From: a virus | Taxonomy: Duplodnaviria > Heunggongvirae > Uroviricota > Caudoviricetes | Virus record (IMG/VR): IMGVR_UViG_3300037067_005176 | Coordinates: 61,081-125,080 of that record | Direction: 5' to 3' (one strand) | DNA length: 64,000 nucleotides | In this document: piece after piece, positions 38,180 to 48,369 of the stretch | Layout of the letters: every line of letters starts with the position of its first letter | Position numbering within the stretch: position 1 is the first letter of the stretch | Translations under genes and position numbers: made by a program | The notes under the pieces: generated by a model | Database searches by the model: none | What the model was told of the DNA's origin: nothing | Seen by the model: only the letters and a program-made list of their open reading frames with translations

Positions 38180-38749
38180 ATGAATTTTAGGGAATATTTA
38201 AATGAATCGTCAAAGTATATGTATAATGATACGTATGTTACAGAATCAAAATTTACATTAAATGGTAAAGAATATCCTTCAAAGAAAGTCGCTGAGGCCG
38301 ATTTACGAAAAAAAGGATTTAGTGGATCTAAACTAAATGATATGTTGAATAAAGGTAAGATGGGCGGAAAATCTGTAAACATTGTCAAAAATAATGTCGA
38401 TAAAAAAGACGTACAAAAAAATGAAAACGATAAATACAAAAATGATAAATATAATATTGATTTGATGAACGATTCTGAGGACGCTCATTATGATCGTGAT
38501 GTAAGGCATGAGGACGATGAAGCTGATGACGAAGATAATTTTTTAAAGGATCGACTTCAAGATAAACATAAATATAGTTGGACTGATCATGAAGAAGATC
38601 ATGAAAATGCAAAAGAATATTATGATGAAAACCGCGCAATTCCTAAAAAGTTAAAAGATAAATTAAAAGAACATATTAGAAAGCACCATGCCGTTGAAGC
38701 CGAATATAAAACGTATACGGATAAATGGGATAAAAGAAAGAAAAAATGA
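38180..38749 (+). CDS. Acidic/His-rich protein with capsid-targeting-like N-terminus
   Basis: Begins MNFREYLNE; SD GAGG. Confidence 0.65.
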   Translation: MNFREYLNESSKYMYNDTYVTESKFTLNGKEYPSKKVAEADLRKKGFSGSKLNDMLNKGKMGGKSVNIVKNNVDKKDVQKNENDKYKNDKYNIDLMNDSEDAHYDRDVRHEDDEADDEDNFLKDRLQDKHKYSWTDHEEDHENAKEYYDENRAIPKKLKDKLKEHIRKHHAVEAEYKTYTDKWDKRKKK

Positions 38750-38964
38750 ATAAGAGATTGTTTGAGATTGGTGATGCTTTTTGGAAAGAAACACGGAAAG
38801 AAATTGATGAAGTTGGAACTAAAGTTGACAAAATGATGAACGATCGTAAGAAAGAACTGGGACTTAAATGGCACGAAAATTTACCAACAAATGACCCAGT
38901 ATGGAATGCAGTGAATCTATTATTCAATAAACTAGATAAATTAAAACAAAGCGTGAGGTTGTAA
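38746..38964 (+). CDS. Hypothetical protein
   Basis: ATGA overlap with the upstream stop. Confidence 0.55.
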   Translation: MNKRLFEIGDAFWKETRKEIDEVGTKVDKMMNDRKKELGLKWHENLPTNDPVWNAVNLLFNKLDKLKQSVRL

Positions 38965-38965
38965 T

Positions 38966-39172
38966 ATGGAAGAAATTGAAAATACAATTGAATTGATGTT
39001 TAATGATCTTAATAATTTAAAAGATGACGTATTAAAAAATTCAAATGACATATTTAAAGCTGATGATGCACAAATTTTAGAAACTACTTTATATAAAGCA
39101 CGCGAATTTACAAAGAAGTTTTTACTTGAAATTAAAATAAAAAAGTCTTTTAATGAGTTGAGGTTGAAATGA
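38966..39172 (+). CDS. Hypothetical protein
   Basis: SD GAGG; tightly packed. Confidence 0.55.
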   Translation: MEEIENTIELMFNDLNNLKDDVLKNSNDIFKADDAQILETTLYKAREFTKKFLLEIKIKKSFNELRLK

Positions 39173-39987
39173 AAAGTGAAAAAGTGAATAAGAATGTTCC
39201 TCAAGTTGAAGTAGCTGACCCAATAAAATCAATTATTGCAGGGTCAAAGAATGAAAATGTTTGGCCAATTGAAGATTTGCCATCCAAGTATCGTCTTTAT
39301 CCAGAAGGAACACAGTTGTTCGGTCGTCCGTTGAAAGTTATGGAAATTAAGATGCTTTCAACTCTTAATGCAGATAATTTGAACTTTGTTATTAATGATG
39401 TTCTTCGTCGTTGCATTACAGGATTTCCAATTGAGAATTTGACAGTTGCGGATAAGCTTTATTTGATTTTCTGGTTGAGAGCAAATACTTATAAAGATTC
39501 GGGTTATACAATTGATTTCGTTTGTCCTGAAAAGGGATGTAAAACAAAAGGAAAGTATGAATTTGAATTAAGTACTTTGAAAGTCAATTATATCAGCGAT
39601 AAGTTTGATGAAAATAAGGAACATACTTTGCCTTCAGGAAAAACTGTAAAGATTCATGCTATGCGAGTTTCAGATGAACTTCGTGTTGCAAATTTTATAA
39701 AACAGAACGCAAACTCCGCTCAGAATTTTGATACTGATCTTTTGCATGTTGCCGCTGTTATTTCTGAAATAAACGGAAGTAAAGTCGGAATTATTGAAGC
39801 ATATGATTTTGTTGCATCAGGTACAACAGATCCAAGAGATTATGCATTTATTATTTCATATATGAATCATTTTGATTTTGGCGTTGATCCTGAAACTCCA
39901 GTTAAGTGTGCGAAATGCGGAGGTATGACGGAAGTATCCGTCTCCTTTCGACCAGATTTCTTTGTTCCCAAGTATTCCTTTGAATGA
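39169..39987 (+). CDS. gp26: Baseplate hub subunit
   Basis: RPLKVME.K.L, D..YL...LR, two CxxC-type motifs (CPEKGC, CAKC), C-terminal DFF. Confidence 0.75.
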   Translation: MKSEKVNKNVPQVEVADPIKSIIAGSKNENVWPIEDLPSKYRLYPEGTQLFGRPLKVMEIKMLSTLNADNLNFVINDVLRRCITGFPIENLTVADKLYLIFWLRANTYKDSGYTIDFVCPEKGCKTKGKYEFELSTLKVNYISDKFDENKEHTLPSGKTVKIHAMRVSDELRVANFIKQNANSAQNFDTDLLHVAAVISEINGSKVGIIEAYDFVASGTTDPRDYAFIISYMNHFDFGVDPETPVKCAKCGGMTEVSVSFRPDFFVPKYSFE

Positions 39988-40135
39988 ATTGATTAAAATG
40001 CAATTCTCTCTTTGTAAGTATGGACATTTGCAACCTGTTGATGATATGTCATTTATGGATTTTCAATTGTTTTATGATGCAATGATAGAGTATTCAAAAG
40101 AAGAAGCCGACGCGAATTCCAAAAAGGTGCAGTGA
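39980..40135 (+). CDS. gp51: Baseplate hub assembly catalyst (gp51-like); missed by the ORF track
   Basis: LNELIKMQFSLCKYGHLQPVDDMSFMDFQLFYDAMIEY...; position immediately after gp26. Confidence 0.55.
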   Translation: MNELIKMQFSLCKYGHLQPVDDMSFMDFQLFYDAMIEYSKEEADANSKKVQ

Positions 40136-40156
40136 TGCACCTTTTCTTATTATAAA
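40122..40156 (+). terminator. Terminator plus late promoter
   Basis: AAAAGGTGCA/TGCACCTTTT stem; TATAAATA follows. Confidence 0.7.
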
Positions 40157-40164
40157 TACGGTAT

Positions 40165-41958
40165 ATGGCAGGTGAAAACAGTACGACATTAAAGATCAAT
40201 ATGGCTGTGGATTATCTTGAAAAGATAAACGCAAAACAGGACGATCAACAAACAAAGTCTTTGAGTCAAAAGATGGCTGAATCGTTATCTTCAGTTGAAG
40301 ATAATACAAAGAACACTAATGATATTCTTTTAAAGAAAGATATGCAAAATCAACGTTCTCAAAAGGAAACGACTTCTTTGTTCAGATCAATCTTGATGAA
40401 ATTCCTTCCTTCAAAGGATATGAATCGAACCGACGACAATGATGATAAAAACTTTAGAAATAAATTACTTAAAGATATTTTAAATATCGGTGACAAACTT
40501 AAAGGTCTTAAGGATAAAGGTTTGTTTGGTTGGCTTTTTGGTTTACTAGGTGGTTTACTTAAAGGATTGTTTAACGGATTAAAGAAGGTTTTGTTCTCTT
40601 TAGTTTCAACGCTGTTCAGAAATTTAATTTGGCCTTTGCTTAAAACTATTACAAAACCTGTTGGAAAAGCTCTTGGCGCTGCAGGTAGATTTTTAAGAAA
40701 GACAGGAAGACGCGCAGGACGACGTACCGCGGTTACTGTAGGCCGTGCTGTTAAATCATTCAAGAGTGGTGGATTCAAATTCGTTGATAACGCTTTAGAA
40801 TTTCTTGCAAAAAGAAGTACTAAATTGGCAAAGCTTGTTGGTGGAACTGCAAAAGGTTTAGCAAAAGTTGCAGGACCTATTGGTATTGCTGTAACTGCAT
40901 TGGATGCAGGAGTTACTGCAGTTCATTCAATTGCAAATGCTGGCAAAATACTTGGTAAATCAGAAGCTGACATGGGTGTTTATGACCGTTTCAGAGTTGG
41001 AATGGCCGGCATCGCAAGTTCATTAACATTTGGTTTAGTTTCAACTGAAAAGATAATTGAAACTCAAGATAAAATCCATGCGATGATGTGGAAAGGATTT
41101 AGAACTTTTCAAAGCGGATTCAATAAAGTATTAGGCGCATTAACATTAGGTTTAGTAAAGCCTGAGCAATTTGAATCAATCGAAAATGGTGTCATTCAAT
41201 TTGGACGAACTATATTTCACTTCTTTGATAATATGATTGAAGATGCTTTGGAATTTTTTACAGGTGGAACATTTTGGTCCGATTGGAGAACAGGCTGGGA
41301 TTACTTGAAAAATAATTTCGGTGATGCGGTGTATGGAGTTTTTGAATCTTTAGGAACAACGATAACCGCTGGAGCTGCAAGCTTATTTGCAGCGATTACA
41401 AATAATCCTGTTGGAAATTGGATTAAGAAACAAGCCGATGATATTATTCTTGGCACAAAATATATGTACGATACCGTGATTGTAAATAATCCTATCGTGA
41501 AATTCTTTGATGATTTTGCATCTTCAATCGTTAGCAGTGTTAAAGGATTCTTTAGTTCAATTGTAAATGGTTTAAAAGACACTCGTATTGGAAAATATCT
41601 TGGTAGCGTTTGGAAAGAATCAAAGACTCAGGATGAAAACGATTTAAAGAATGAAAGCGGTAAACCAATTGTTGCTGATCCTAATAAACCAAGGGTTGCA
41701 GCAACAAATGAACAGCTTTATAAAGAGTATGAAAAGGCTCAAATTGAAAAGAGAAATCAGATTCAGTCAAATGTTTCAAATTCTTTTAAAGCAGCAAAAG
41801 AAGGCCCATATAAAAATCTTAAAGGCGCTGATCAACAGTTAGCAATCCTTATGCAATTCCTTCTTGAACAATTTGCTCCTTATAGTGCTAAGCTTAATGC
41901 TGAAGCTGAAAAAGACGGCGATGTTGCAAATGTTGCATTAGTAAATCCAATGAAGTAA
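40165..41958 (+). CDS. Baseplate hub / tape-measure protein (gp29-like)
   Basis: Amphipathic Gly/Leu/Lys-rich helices (GLFGWLFGLLGGLLKGLF, KVAGPIG); located after gp26/51. Confidence 0.65.
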   Translation: MAGENSTTLKINMAVDYLEKINAKQDDQQTKSLSQKMAESLSSVEDNTKNTNDILLKKDMQNQRSQKETTSLFRSILMKFLPSKDMNRTDDNDDKNFRNKLLKDILNIGDKLKGLKDKGLFGWLFGLLGGLLKGLFNGLKKVLFSLVSTLFRNLIWPLLKTITKPVGKALGAAGRFLRKTGRRAGRRTAVTVGRAVKSFKSGGFKFVDNALEFLAKRSTKLAKLVGGTAKGLAKVAGPIGIAVTALDAGVTAVHSIANAGKILGKSEADMGVYDRFRVGMAGIASSLTFGLVSTEKIIETQDKIHAMMWKGFRTFQSGFNKVLGALTLGLVKPEQFESIENGVIQFGRTIFHFFDNMIEDALEFFTGGTFWSDWRTGWDYLKNNFGDAVYGVFESLGTTITAGAASLFAAITNNPVGNWIKKQADDIILGTKYMYDTVIVNNPIVKFFDDFASSIVSSVKGFFSSIVNGLKDTRIGKYLGSVWKESKTQDENDLKNESGKPIVADPNKPRVAATNEQLYKEYEKAQIEKRNQIQSNVSNSFKAAKEGPYKNLKGADQQLAILMQFLLEQFAPYSAKLNAEAEKDGDVANVALVNPMK

Positions 41959-41968
41959 GAGGATAAAG

Positions 41969-42805
41969 ATGGGATTATTTTTATACAATGATATTACATA
42001 TAAGAAACAAGCAAATTATAATACCATTTCGATTTATGTTGGTAACAATAAAATGCGGAATCCGGAAAACGGCGAAACTCTTGAAGATACTGGTGGAATA
42101 ATAAAAGCTGTTATGCAAGATCAGTTTAAATTTGGTATGAAAGCCGATTGGAAACAAATTCTACATGCCGGTGGATTCTCAGATACTATTGAAACTGCGA
42201 TGCTTGTAACAGGTAATAGAGTATTTAACGCTGGAGGAATTACAAAGCAATATTATATAGGTTCTGAACATATACCAGTATCAGTTAAGTTTAGAATTTA
42301 TGACGACGCTTTTCAAGTTTCGCAAGGTTTAACATCTCGTCCATTAACGGCAGTTAATGTTTTATCTAGATTATGCTTACCAACCGAAGGAGCCGACATT
42401 TCAACATGGCTTGATCATTTAGGAAAAACTGCGGTTGAAGTATTTAAAGATTCCAAAGATTTGGTAACCGATTTTGTTAATGGCGAAGGTGTTATACAAA
42501 CGTTAAATAATTTTTTTGCGGCATTCACTGGTAATGTTGGTAATGAAGTATGTTTCGTTACTTTTGGCCCTTGGATGTCTGGATTCTTTGTTGTTAAATC
42601 TGTAGATTTTACATACTCAAAAGAAGTAAGTGTTGATGGCGGTCCTTATTATGTTGATTTTGATGTTCAGTTTGAATCGTTAATGGTTCCAACAAAGGGT
42701 TCAGTTTCATTAGACCCAGAAGTGAGCCAAGGAAAACGAACAACATTTGCATTGGGTACAAATAAGCTTTCAAGAATTGAATTTACAGACCAACAGGAGA
42801 GCTAA
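41969..42805 (+). CDS. Baseplate-tail tube cap (gp48-like)
   Basis: Position before gp53; VVKSVDFTYS...P.YVDFDVQFE tube-like fold. Confidence 0.5.
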   Translation: MGLFLYNDITYKKQANYNTISIYVGNNKMRNPENGETLEDTGGIIKAVMQDQFKFGMKADWKQILHAGGFSDTIETAMLVTGNRVFNAGGITKQYYIGSEHIPVSVKFRIYDDAFQVSQGLTSRPLTAVNVLSRLCLPTEGADISTWLDHLGKTAVEVFKDSKDLVTDFVNGEGVIQTLNNFFAAFTGNVGNEVCFVTFGPWMSGFFVVKSVDFTYSKEVSVDGGPYYVDFDVQFESLMVPTKGSVSLDPEVSQGKRTTFALGTNKLSRIEFTDQQES

Positions 42806-43152
42806 TGGCAGCAATTGATAAATTCAGCAGATCAAGATATTTCTCAACTAACATCGTTGATTCTATCAATGAGTGTGACTTGCCGTTTTCAGGTTTTCAT
42901 AACTATGAGTTCAAAGACCCGTTTACCTTTTATACATTAAAAGATACTGATATTCAACGTCCAGACTTGATCAGTTATAAATTATTCAGCAAGCCAAATT
43001 ATTGGTGGATTTTAATGAAGCTTAATAATATTGAAGATATTTGGAACGATCTTGAAGTTGGTTTAGTTCTTTCAGTTCCATCGGAACAAGATATTCAAAA
43101 TATTACAACATTTATGCAACAAGAAAAGAAAAAGTATGTGAGAACTAATTAA
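42805..43152 (+). CDS. gp53: Baseplate wedge protein (LysM-like)
   Basis: RPDLISYKLF....YWWILM..NNI. Confidence 0.8.
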   Translation: MAAIDKFSRSRYFSTNIVDSINECDLPFSGFHNYEFKDPFTFYTLKDTDIQRPDLISYKLFSKPNYWWILMKLNNIEDIWNDLEVGLVLSVPSEQDIQNITTFMQQEKKKYVRTN

Positions 43153-44405
43153 TGGCTGACTCAACTGAATTAAAGAAAGGCGAAAGCAATATTGGCGGTT
43201 TAGATAATCGCTTTTATTGTCGTGTTTTTATTAAAGATGTTGAGATTACTCCAGATCAAATTATGCTTCTTGCAATTCGTTCTTGGATTTTTGAAAAAGC
43301 TCCAAGATTGGAACTTCAATTCAGAGACGGCGGAAAATTTGTTAGCTTATTTCCTCTTGAAGACTTTGATGAAATTCGCGTCGTTATTGCAAATGAAAAG
43401 AAGGATGTGAATTTCGTTGATGCTAAATTTCGTTTACACGACTATTTTATAAATCAAGAAGGCGGAAATAGAAAAACTTATTTGTATGGTTTGACAGCAT
43501 TACTTGAATCAAAAACATTTTACTTTGAATCGAAGAACAGATCTTTTAAAAATCAAAAATCATCAGATGTTGCAAGTATGATAGCAACTGATTCAGGTTT
43601 TACTCCAGATATAAGAAAAGTATCAAATGACAAAATGACTTGGTATCAAATTAATGCAACAGATTCAGAGATGATTGATCACATTCTTCAAAGATCTTAT
43701 GTTCAAGATAATGATACTGCATTTGCTTATGCGGATGTAAGATCTAAATTCGTTTTTACTTCTTTAAAAAATGAATTAGAAAAGAAGCCTAAAATTAAAG
43801 CTATATATTTTTCGGATGATGTAAATCCAACAACTAAAAAGAATCCTGATGACAAAACTTTGAAGATTAAGAACTTTGCTCTTAAGTCTTTGAATGGTTC
43901 TTTTAATAAAATGATGGCATATAATTCAACAGTTTCATTTTATGATCAAGAAGATTCTGTTACTGTTGAAGTTGCCGACGATACGCATATGCTTACAACA
44001 AATTCTTTGAAGTTTAAAGATAATATTCAGTATAATACCGACACATATGTTTTAGGAATGAAAACTAAAAATATGCATGACGAATATTTCAAAGCAGAAC
44101 TTTTGAATGTGTATGAACGATATAATAATTTTCAAGTTTTCACTGAAATATCATTTGATATGAAGAATCAACCTGATGCATTTTTACAAGATGATGAAGC
44201 ATTGAATTTATTTGATGTTATTGACGTTGAATATGTTTCAAATATGACTGAAAAGAATAAAGTATATTCCGGGAAGTATGTTGTTGCAAACATTACACAT
44301 CAAGTAAATGCGACAGGAGTCTATGTGATGACTTTGATGTTGTTTAGAAATGGACAAAATTTTGAAGGATCTCTTTTGGATGATACAAAGATTAATGTAT
44401 CATAA
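43152..44405 (+). CDS. Baseplate hub protein (gp27-like)
   Basis: Between gp53 and gp5; C-terminal SGKYVVANITH is typical of hub proteins. Confidence 0.65.
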   Translation: MADSTELKKGESNIGGLDNRFYCRVFIKDVEITPDQIMLLAIRSWIFEKAPRLELQFRDGGKFVSLFPLEDFDEIRVVIANEKKDVNFVDAKFRLHDYFINQEGGNRKTYLYGLTALLESKTFYFESKNRSFKNQKSSDVASMIATDSGFTPDIRKVSNDKMTWYQINATDSEMIDHILQRSYVQDNDTAFAYADVRSKFVFTSLKNELEKKPKIKAIYFSDDVNPTTKKNPDDKTLKIKNFALKSLNGSFNKMMAYNSTVSFYDQEDSVTVEVADDTHMLTTNSLKFKDNIQYNTDTYVLGMKTKNMHDEYFKAELLNVYERYNNFQVFTEISFDMKNQPDAFLQDDEALNLFDVIDVEYVSNMTEKNKVYSGKYVVANITHQVNATGVYVMTLMLFRNGQNFEGSLLDDTKINVS

Positions 44406-44433
44406 ATAAATATTGAAAAATTGAAAGAGGTTA

Positions 44434-45186
44434 ATGATGAACGAGGTATCAATCAACGATAAAATAATGAAAGACTTATCTCTCGGTTTTAATGAGATCT
44501 TAAAGAATTTTATTTCAACAAAAGCTGGCGCAAAAGAGATTCGTTTCTTTACAGGCAAAGTCGTAAATAACAACGACCCAGATAAAGAGGGAAAATGTCA
44601 AATTAGAGTATATGGTATTTTCCCAAGTGAAATTCCTGATGACGATCTTCCTTGGTCAACTCCAGATTTTAGTTTCATTGGAGGACTTAAAGGTTCTTTT
44701 GTTGTTCCGCCTATTGATGCAATCGTTAGAGTATATTTTGATAATGCCGACATCTATGCTCCTTTTTATACGACTAAGGCTTTCAATAAAAATCAATTAG
44801 ACTTTAATAGCGACATAAATGACGATTATCCTGATACGATGGTGTTCTTTGAAACGGACCAAGGTGAATACTTTAAGATCAATAGAAAAACAAGATTAAC
44901 AACTTATCGTCATTCAAGTGGATCAATTGTTACAATAAATGAAGCAGGAAGTATTAGCATTTCAACTGAAGCCGCTGATACTGGAGATCTAACGATTGAC
45001 ATTAATGGAAATGTAAATCTTAATGTTGTTGGAAATGTTAATGTTATTGCGGAAGGAACTGTTAAAGTTGATGGCTCGCATGTTGAGTTAGGCAGCAATC
45101 TGGCTAAGACTTTGGTGAACAACTTACCTCAGTGCCTAGTTACCGGCGCCCCGCATTTCGTGGGAAATACAAATGTAAAATGCTAA
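44434..45186 (+). CDS. gp5: Baseplate central spike (OB-fold plus beta-helix, no lysozyme domain)
   Basis: GKVVNNNDPDKEGKCQIRV.G, LPW, VPP....V.V.F; I.G..N..V.GN.N repeats. Confidence 0.85.
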   Translation: MMNEVSINDKIMKDLSLGFNEILKNFISTKAGAKEIRFFTGKVVNNNDPDKEGKCQIRVYGIFPSEIPDDDLPWSTPDFSFIGGLKGSFVVPPIDAIVRVYFDNADIYAPFYTTKAFNKNQLDFNSDINDDYPDTMVFFETDQGEYFKINRKTRLTTYRHSSGSIVTINEAGSISISTEAADTGDLTIDINGNVNLNVVGNVNVIAEGTVKVDGSHVELGSNLAKTLVNNLPQCLVTGAPHFVGNTNVKC

Positions 45187-45192
45187 TATTTA

Positions 45193-45228
45193 AGGAGCTC
45201 CAAATATAAATAAACCAAAGGAGCTCCT
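45193..45228 (+). promoter_or_regulatory. SD-sequestering hairpin with a late promoter in its loop
   Basis: AGGAGCTCC (45193-45201) pairs with GGAGCTCCT (45220-45228); TATAAATA at 45205-45212. Confidence 0.75.
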
Positions 45229-45229
45229 A

Positions 45230-46006
45230 ATGAATTATCAAAAAATTTATAACGAAATAATTGAAAGAGCCAAATCAAGAGGTTTAAACAAAAGGCTTCT
45301 TGATGGTTATTTTGAAAAGCATCATATAATCCCTAAATGTCTTGATGGAACAAATGATATAACAAATTTAGTTCTTCTTACTGCACGAGAACATTTTATA
45401 TGTCACCAGTTACTTTGGAAAACTAATAAAGAAAATAAAAAACTATTTCTTTCATATTGGGTTTTGTCGCATTGTAAAAAAGATAACGTGCTTTTAAATA
45501 AAATTTGTTCTATGACATCTAAACAATTTGAGGCTTGCAGAATAACAAACGCGAAAATTTTATCGGAAAGATTAAAAGGACAACAAAAGTCTTTAGAATT
45601 AATACAAAAAATACGAGTTACACAATCTGGTAAAAAATATTCAAATGAAACAAATGAAAAGAAAGGGTTAAAAGGAGGAAAAAATCCTTCGGCTGTAAAA
45701 TGCTCAATAAAAGATATTAATTTTGATACTTTAGATGACGCGGTTGAATATGCAATAATAAATTTTGGATTAACATCAACACAAGCGCACGCCAAATTTA
45801 CAAACCCTTATGAAGTTGATTTTATCAAGCATAAGGATATCATCGCCCCAAATTCACAAAAGGTTTCGATTGATGGTATTATTTTTGATTCAAAAACAAA
45901 AGCTTATTATTATGCAAAAAATAAATATGATGTAGGAAACTTAAAGATGATGAATAGAATAAATTCAGATGAATATCCTGATTGGTTTTTGATTGAGGAA
46001 AAATAA
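45230..46006 (+). CDS. HNH homing endonuclease
   Basis: EKHHIIPKCLDGTNDITNLVLLTAREHFICH; paralog of the 2838 gene. Confidence 0.88.
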   Translation: MNYQKIYNEIIERAKSRGLNKRLLDGYFEKHHIIPKCLDGTNDITNLVLLTAREHFICHQLLWKTNKENKKLFLSYWVLSHCKKDNVLLNKICSMTSKQFEACRITNAKILSERLKGQQKSLELIQKIRVTQSGKKYSNETNEKKGLKGGKNPSAVKCSIKDINFDTLDDAVEYAIINFGLTSTQAHAKFTNPYEVDFIKHKDIIAPNSQKVSIDGIIFDSKTKAYYYAKNKYDVGNLKMMNRINSDEYPDWFLIEEK

Positions 46007-47515
46007 ATGTCGTTACCTCTTATGAAAAGTATAACTGATGAATTTGAATCTGTTAAATGGACACAATATCCATCGGTATATATGGGTTTGGGTTTTAATT
46101 CTTCTGATATATTTTTTCTATGTTTAGAAGCAGGCATTTATAAATGGATGCAAAAGAAATGCGATGTTTGGAAAGACATCCCATGTCCAACTGTTGGAAT
46201 TGTTACAAATGTTCCGCCTGTGCCATTTGCTGGTACTCTTAAAACAAAAATAACGATCGCTCCTTTAGCAGGAATGGATGTTGTTATAAACTCACCTTGG
46301 CCTGATAACATAGTAATTCCTGGTCCTTTGCGTCTTTGTACATTTTTACATCAAGCATTTCATCCAAATTATCCTTTACCTTCTGCGATTGATACCGATC
46401 CTGTGATTTATTCACAGGCATTCTTTGAAGCTGTTTGTATGTGGATGAATTCACTTTGGTTAATTCAAATTGACGATCCTTCTAATTCTGTATTAACTAA
46501 TGCACAAGGAGTTGGGGTTATACTTTTTCCCGGCGTAAAAGTTATGGCTGATTTATTTGCAAAAGTATGCAAACTTTATAAGCCAACGAATTATTACATT
46601 TACTTTGCAATATTTGCATTCTTTCTTTGGATGGGTGCTCAAGGAAATCTTACGTTACCTATTCCAACAATCGGAACAGCACCTGCAGGTCCTTATGTTG
46701 GCTTAACATGTCCTTTACCATTTCCAATAGCTGATGCGCCTTCTCTTCCAGGAATGCCAGGAATGCCAGGAATCGGAGGAATCGCTTTACCTAAGTTTGA
46801 AATTCCTCCAATGCCATCATTCACTATTCCAGAATATCCAGGACTTCCAGGTCTTCCTGACATCAGCTTTGCTATACCTGAAATAAATCTTGACTTTGTT
46901 CTTCCTATTTTAGGATTGCCTGATTGGAAAGGTTTAGTTGAGTTTCTATTTAATCTTAAAGGATTTCCTTTTTCTCTAGGTGAAATAAAGTTTTGGTCAA
47001 TTGGAGATTGGAATTTTAGAATTACATTGCCGGACTTTGGTCCATTCTCCTTGGATGACATTCTGGTGGGTTTTGATCTTACTTTACCAGAGTTTTGTAA
47101 TTTGACCAATCTATTTAGTTTGCCTTCATTTACAATGCCGGAAATGACATTGTTACTTTGGTCACCAACTGTTTTATTATGTTCAAATGGGCTTGATGGT
47201 TCTATGAAGATAATAGATGCTAATTCAAACGCTGATCATAAAGAAGCATATACAACAAGCACTATGAGAGGAGTAGCTATTTCAGGAACATATATTCCTG
47301 TTACATCAGCGACATTTGAAAGTAGTATAAATAATTCGCGAGATGATGCATTCGCTGAAGCTGATGCTTATGCAAGTGTTGTTTCGAATTTTGCTACAGG
47401 AGATATAGAAGGACCAACGAGCGGAACGTCGTTAAGTACTTCATATACTTTAAGGAAGCCAAAAGTATTTGCATTCAAACAAGATAATTCAGTTCCATTT
47501 GTTGAGAGGTTCTAA
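46007..47515 (+). CDS. Hypothetical baseplate-region protein with Pro-rich segment
   Basis: Long ORF containing PGMPGMPG/LP repeats. Confidence 0.6.
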   Translation: MSLPLMKSITDEFESVKWTQYPSVYMGLGFNSSDIFFLCLEAGIYKWMQKKCDVWKDIPCPTVGIVTNVPPVPFAGTLKTKITIAPLAGMDVVINSPWPDNIVIPGPLRLCTFLHQAFHPNYPLPSAIDTDPVIYSQAFFEAVCMWMNSLWLIQIDDPSNSVLTNAQGVGVILFPGVKVMADLFAKVCKLYKPTNYYIYFAIFAFFLWMGAQGNLTLPIPTIGTAPAGPYVGLTCPLPFPIADAPSLPGMPGMPGIGGIALPKFEIPPMPSFTIPEYPGLPGLPDISFAIPEINLDFVLPILGLPDWKGLVEFLFNLKGFPFSLGEIKFWSIGDWNFRITLPDFGPFSLDDILVGFDLTLPEFCNLTNLFSLPSFTMPEMTLLLWSPTVLLCSNGLDGSMKIIDANSNADHKEAYTTSTMRGVAISGTYIPVTSATFESSINNSRDDAFAEADAYASVVSNFATGDIEGPTSGTSLSTSYTLRKPKVFAFKQDNSVPFVERF

Positions 47516-48351
47516 TGCCAATTGGTTTATCAGGAGATCCGGAATCACTATTTTGCTCGATGTTGCAATCGCAATATCAGTTAATAGTCTCAACACTTGA
47601 AGCAGCTATTATGTTTCCTCTTCAGGCATTGCAATTGGTTAAGAGTTCAATTCAGATGCTGCAGTATGTTGTGTTTGTTGCGGTTGACATTGTGTTGACC
47701 AAAATAGAGAATTGGATTTCAGAAATGTTTGACTTGGAAAATGTTGGATTGGAAAACGCAAGAAGAAACTTCTGTAAGATTGCATATTCTTGTAAGATAT
47801 TAACTGATTATTTGTTTGGAGCAAGCTCTCCTTTAAAGGCAATGGGTTTTACTGATGCTGAATTGGCAAATATGAAAAACAATTATACAAAGTTTGAAGA
47901 AATCGTTTGTAACAAAAGTTTTAAGGGATTATTGGATCAGTTCAAAACTGCTATCCTTGGAGATGTTTCAAGATTGCTTGATGAAGCTGAAGATAAAATT
48001 GCAAATGGTTTTTTAAAGCTTGATAAAATAACAGCAAAGTATAATGATCTTCTTGAAGAATACCATGTGTTTGATTATTTGGATAAGTTAAATGATTTTG
48101 CTGAATGCGCCTTTGCCGCTTGTAACTTTATTGCAACTAGTGATAACAAACAAAGCGATGTTGCAGATAAAATGAAACTCACAAATTCCGGAGGAACATG
48201 GATAATTGATCCAAATTTCTTTGCAAAGATAAACGCTCAAAAAGAAGAGTTTCAAGTAAGAATTGATAAGTTGAGAGAACAGTCAACATCTTGTGCGAAT
48301 AAAGAACCAAATCCTAATGACGGTGTTAGACCTGATGACATTGCCAAATAA
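47515..48351 (+). CDS. Hypothetical helical protein
   Basis: Intact ORF, translationally coupled to the previous gene. Confidence 0.6.
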   Translation: MPIGLSGDPESLFCSMLQSQYQLIVSTLEAAIMFPLQALQLVKSSIQMLQYVVFVAVDIVLTKIENWISEMFDLENVGLENARRNFCKIAYSCKILTDYLFGASSPLKAMGFTDAELANMKNNYTKFEEIVCNKSFKGLLDQFKTAILGDVSRLLDEAEDKIANGFLKLDKITAKYNDLLEEYHVFDYLDKLNDFAECAFAACNFIATSDNKQSDVADKMKLTNSGGTWIIDPNFFAKINAQKEEFQVRIDKLREQSTSCANKEPNPNDGVRPDDIAK

Positions 48352-48369
48352 ATAATAACGAGGTAATAA

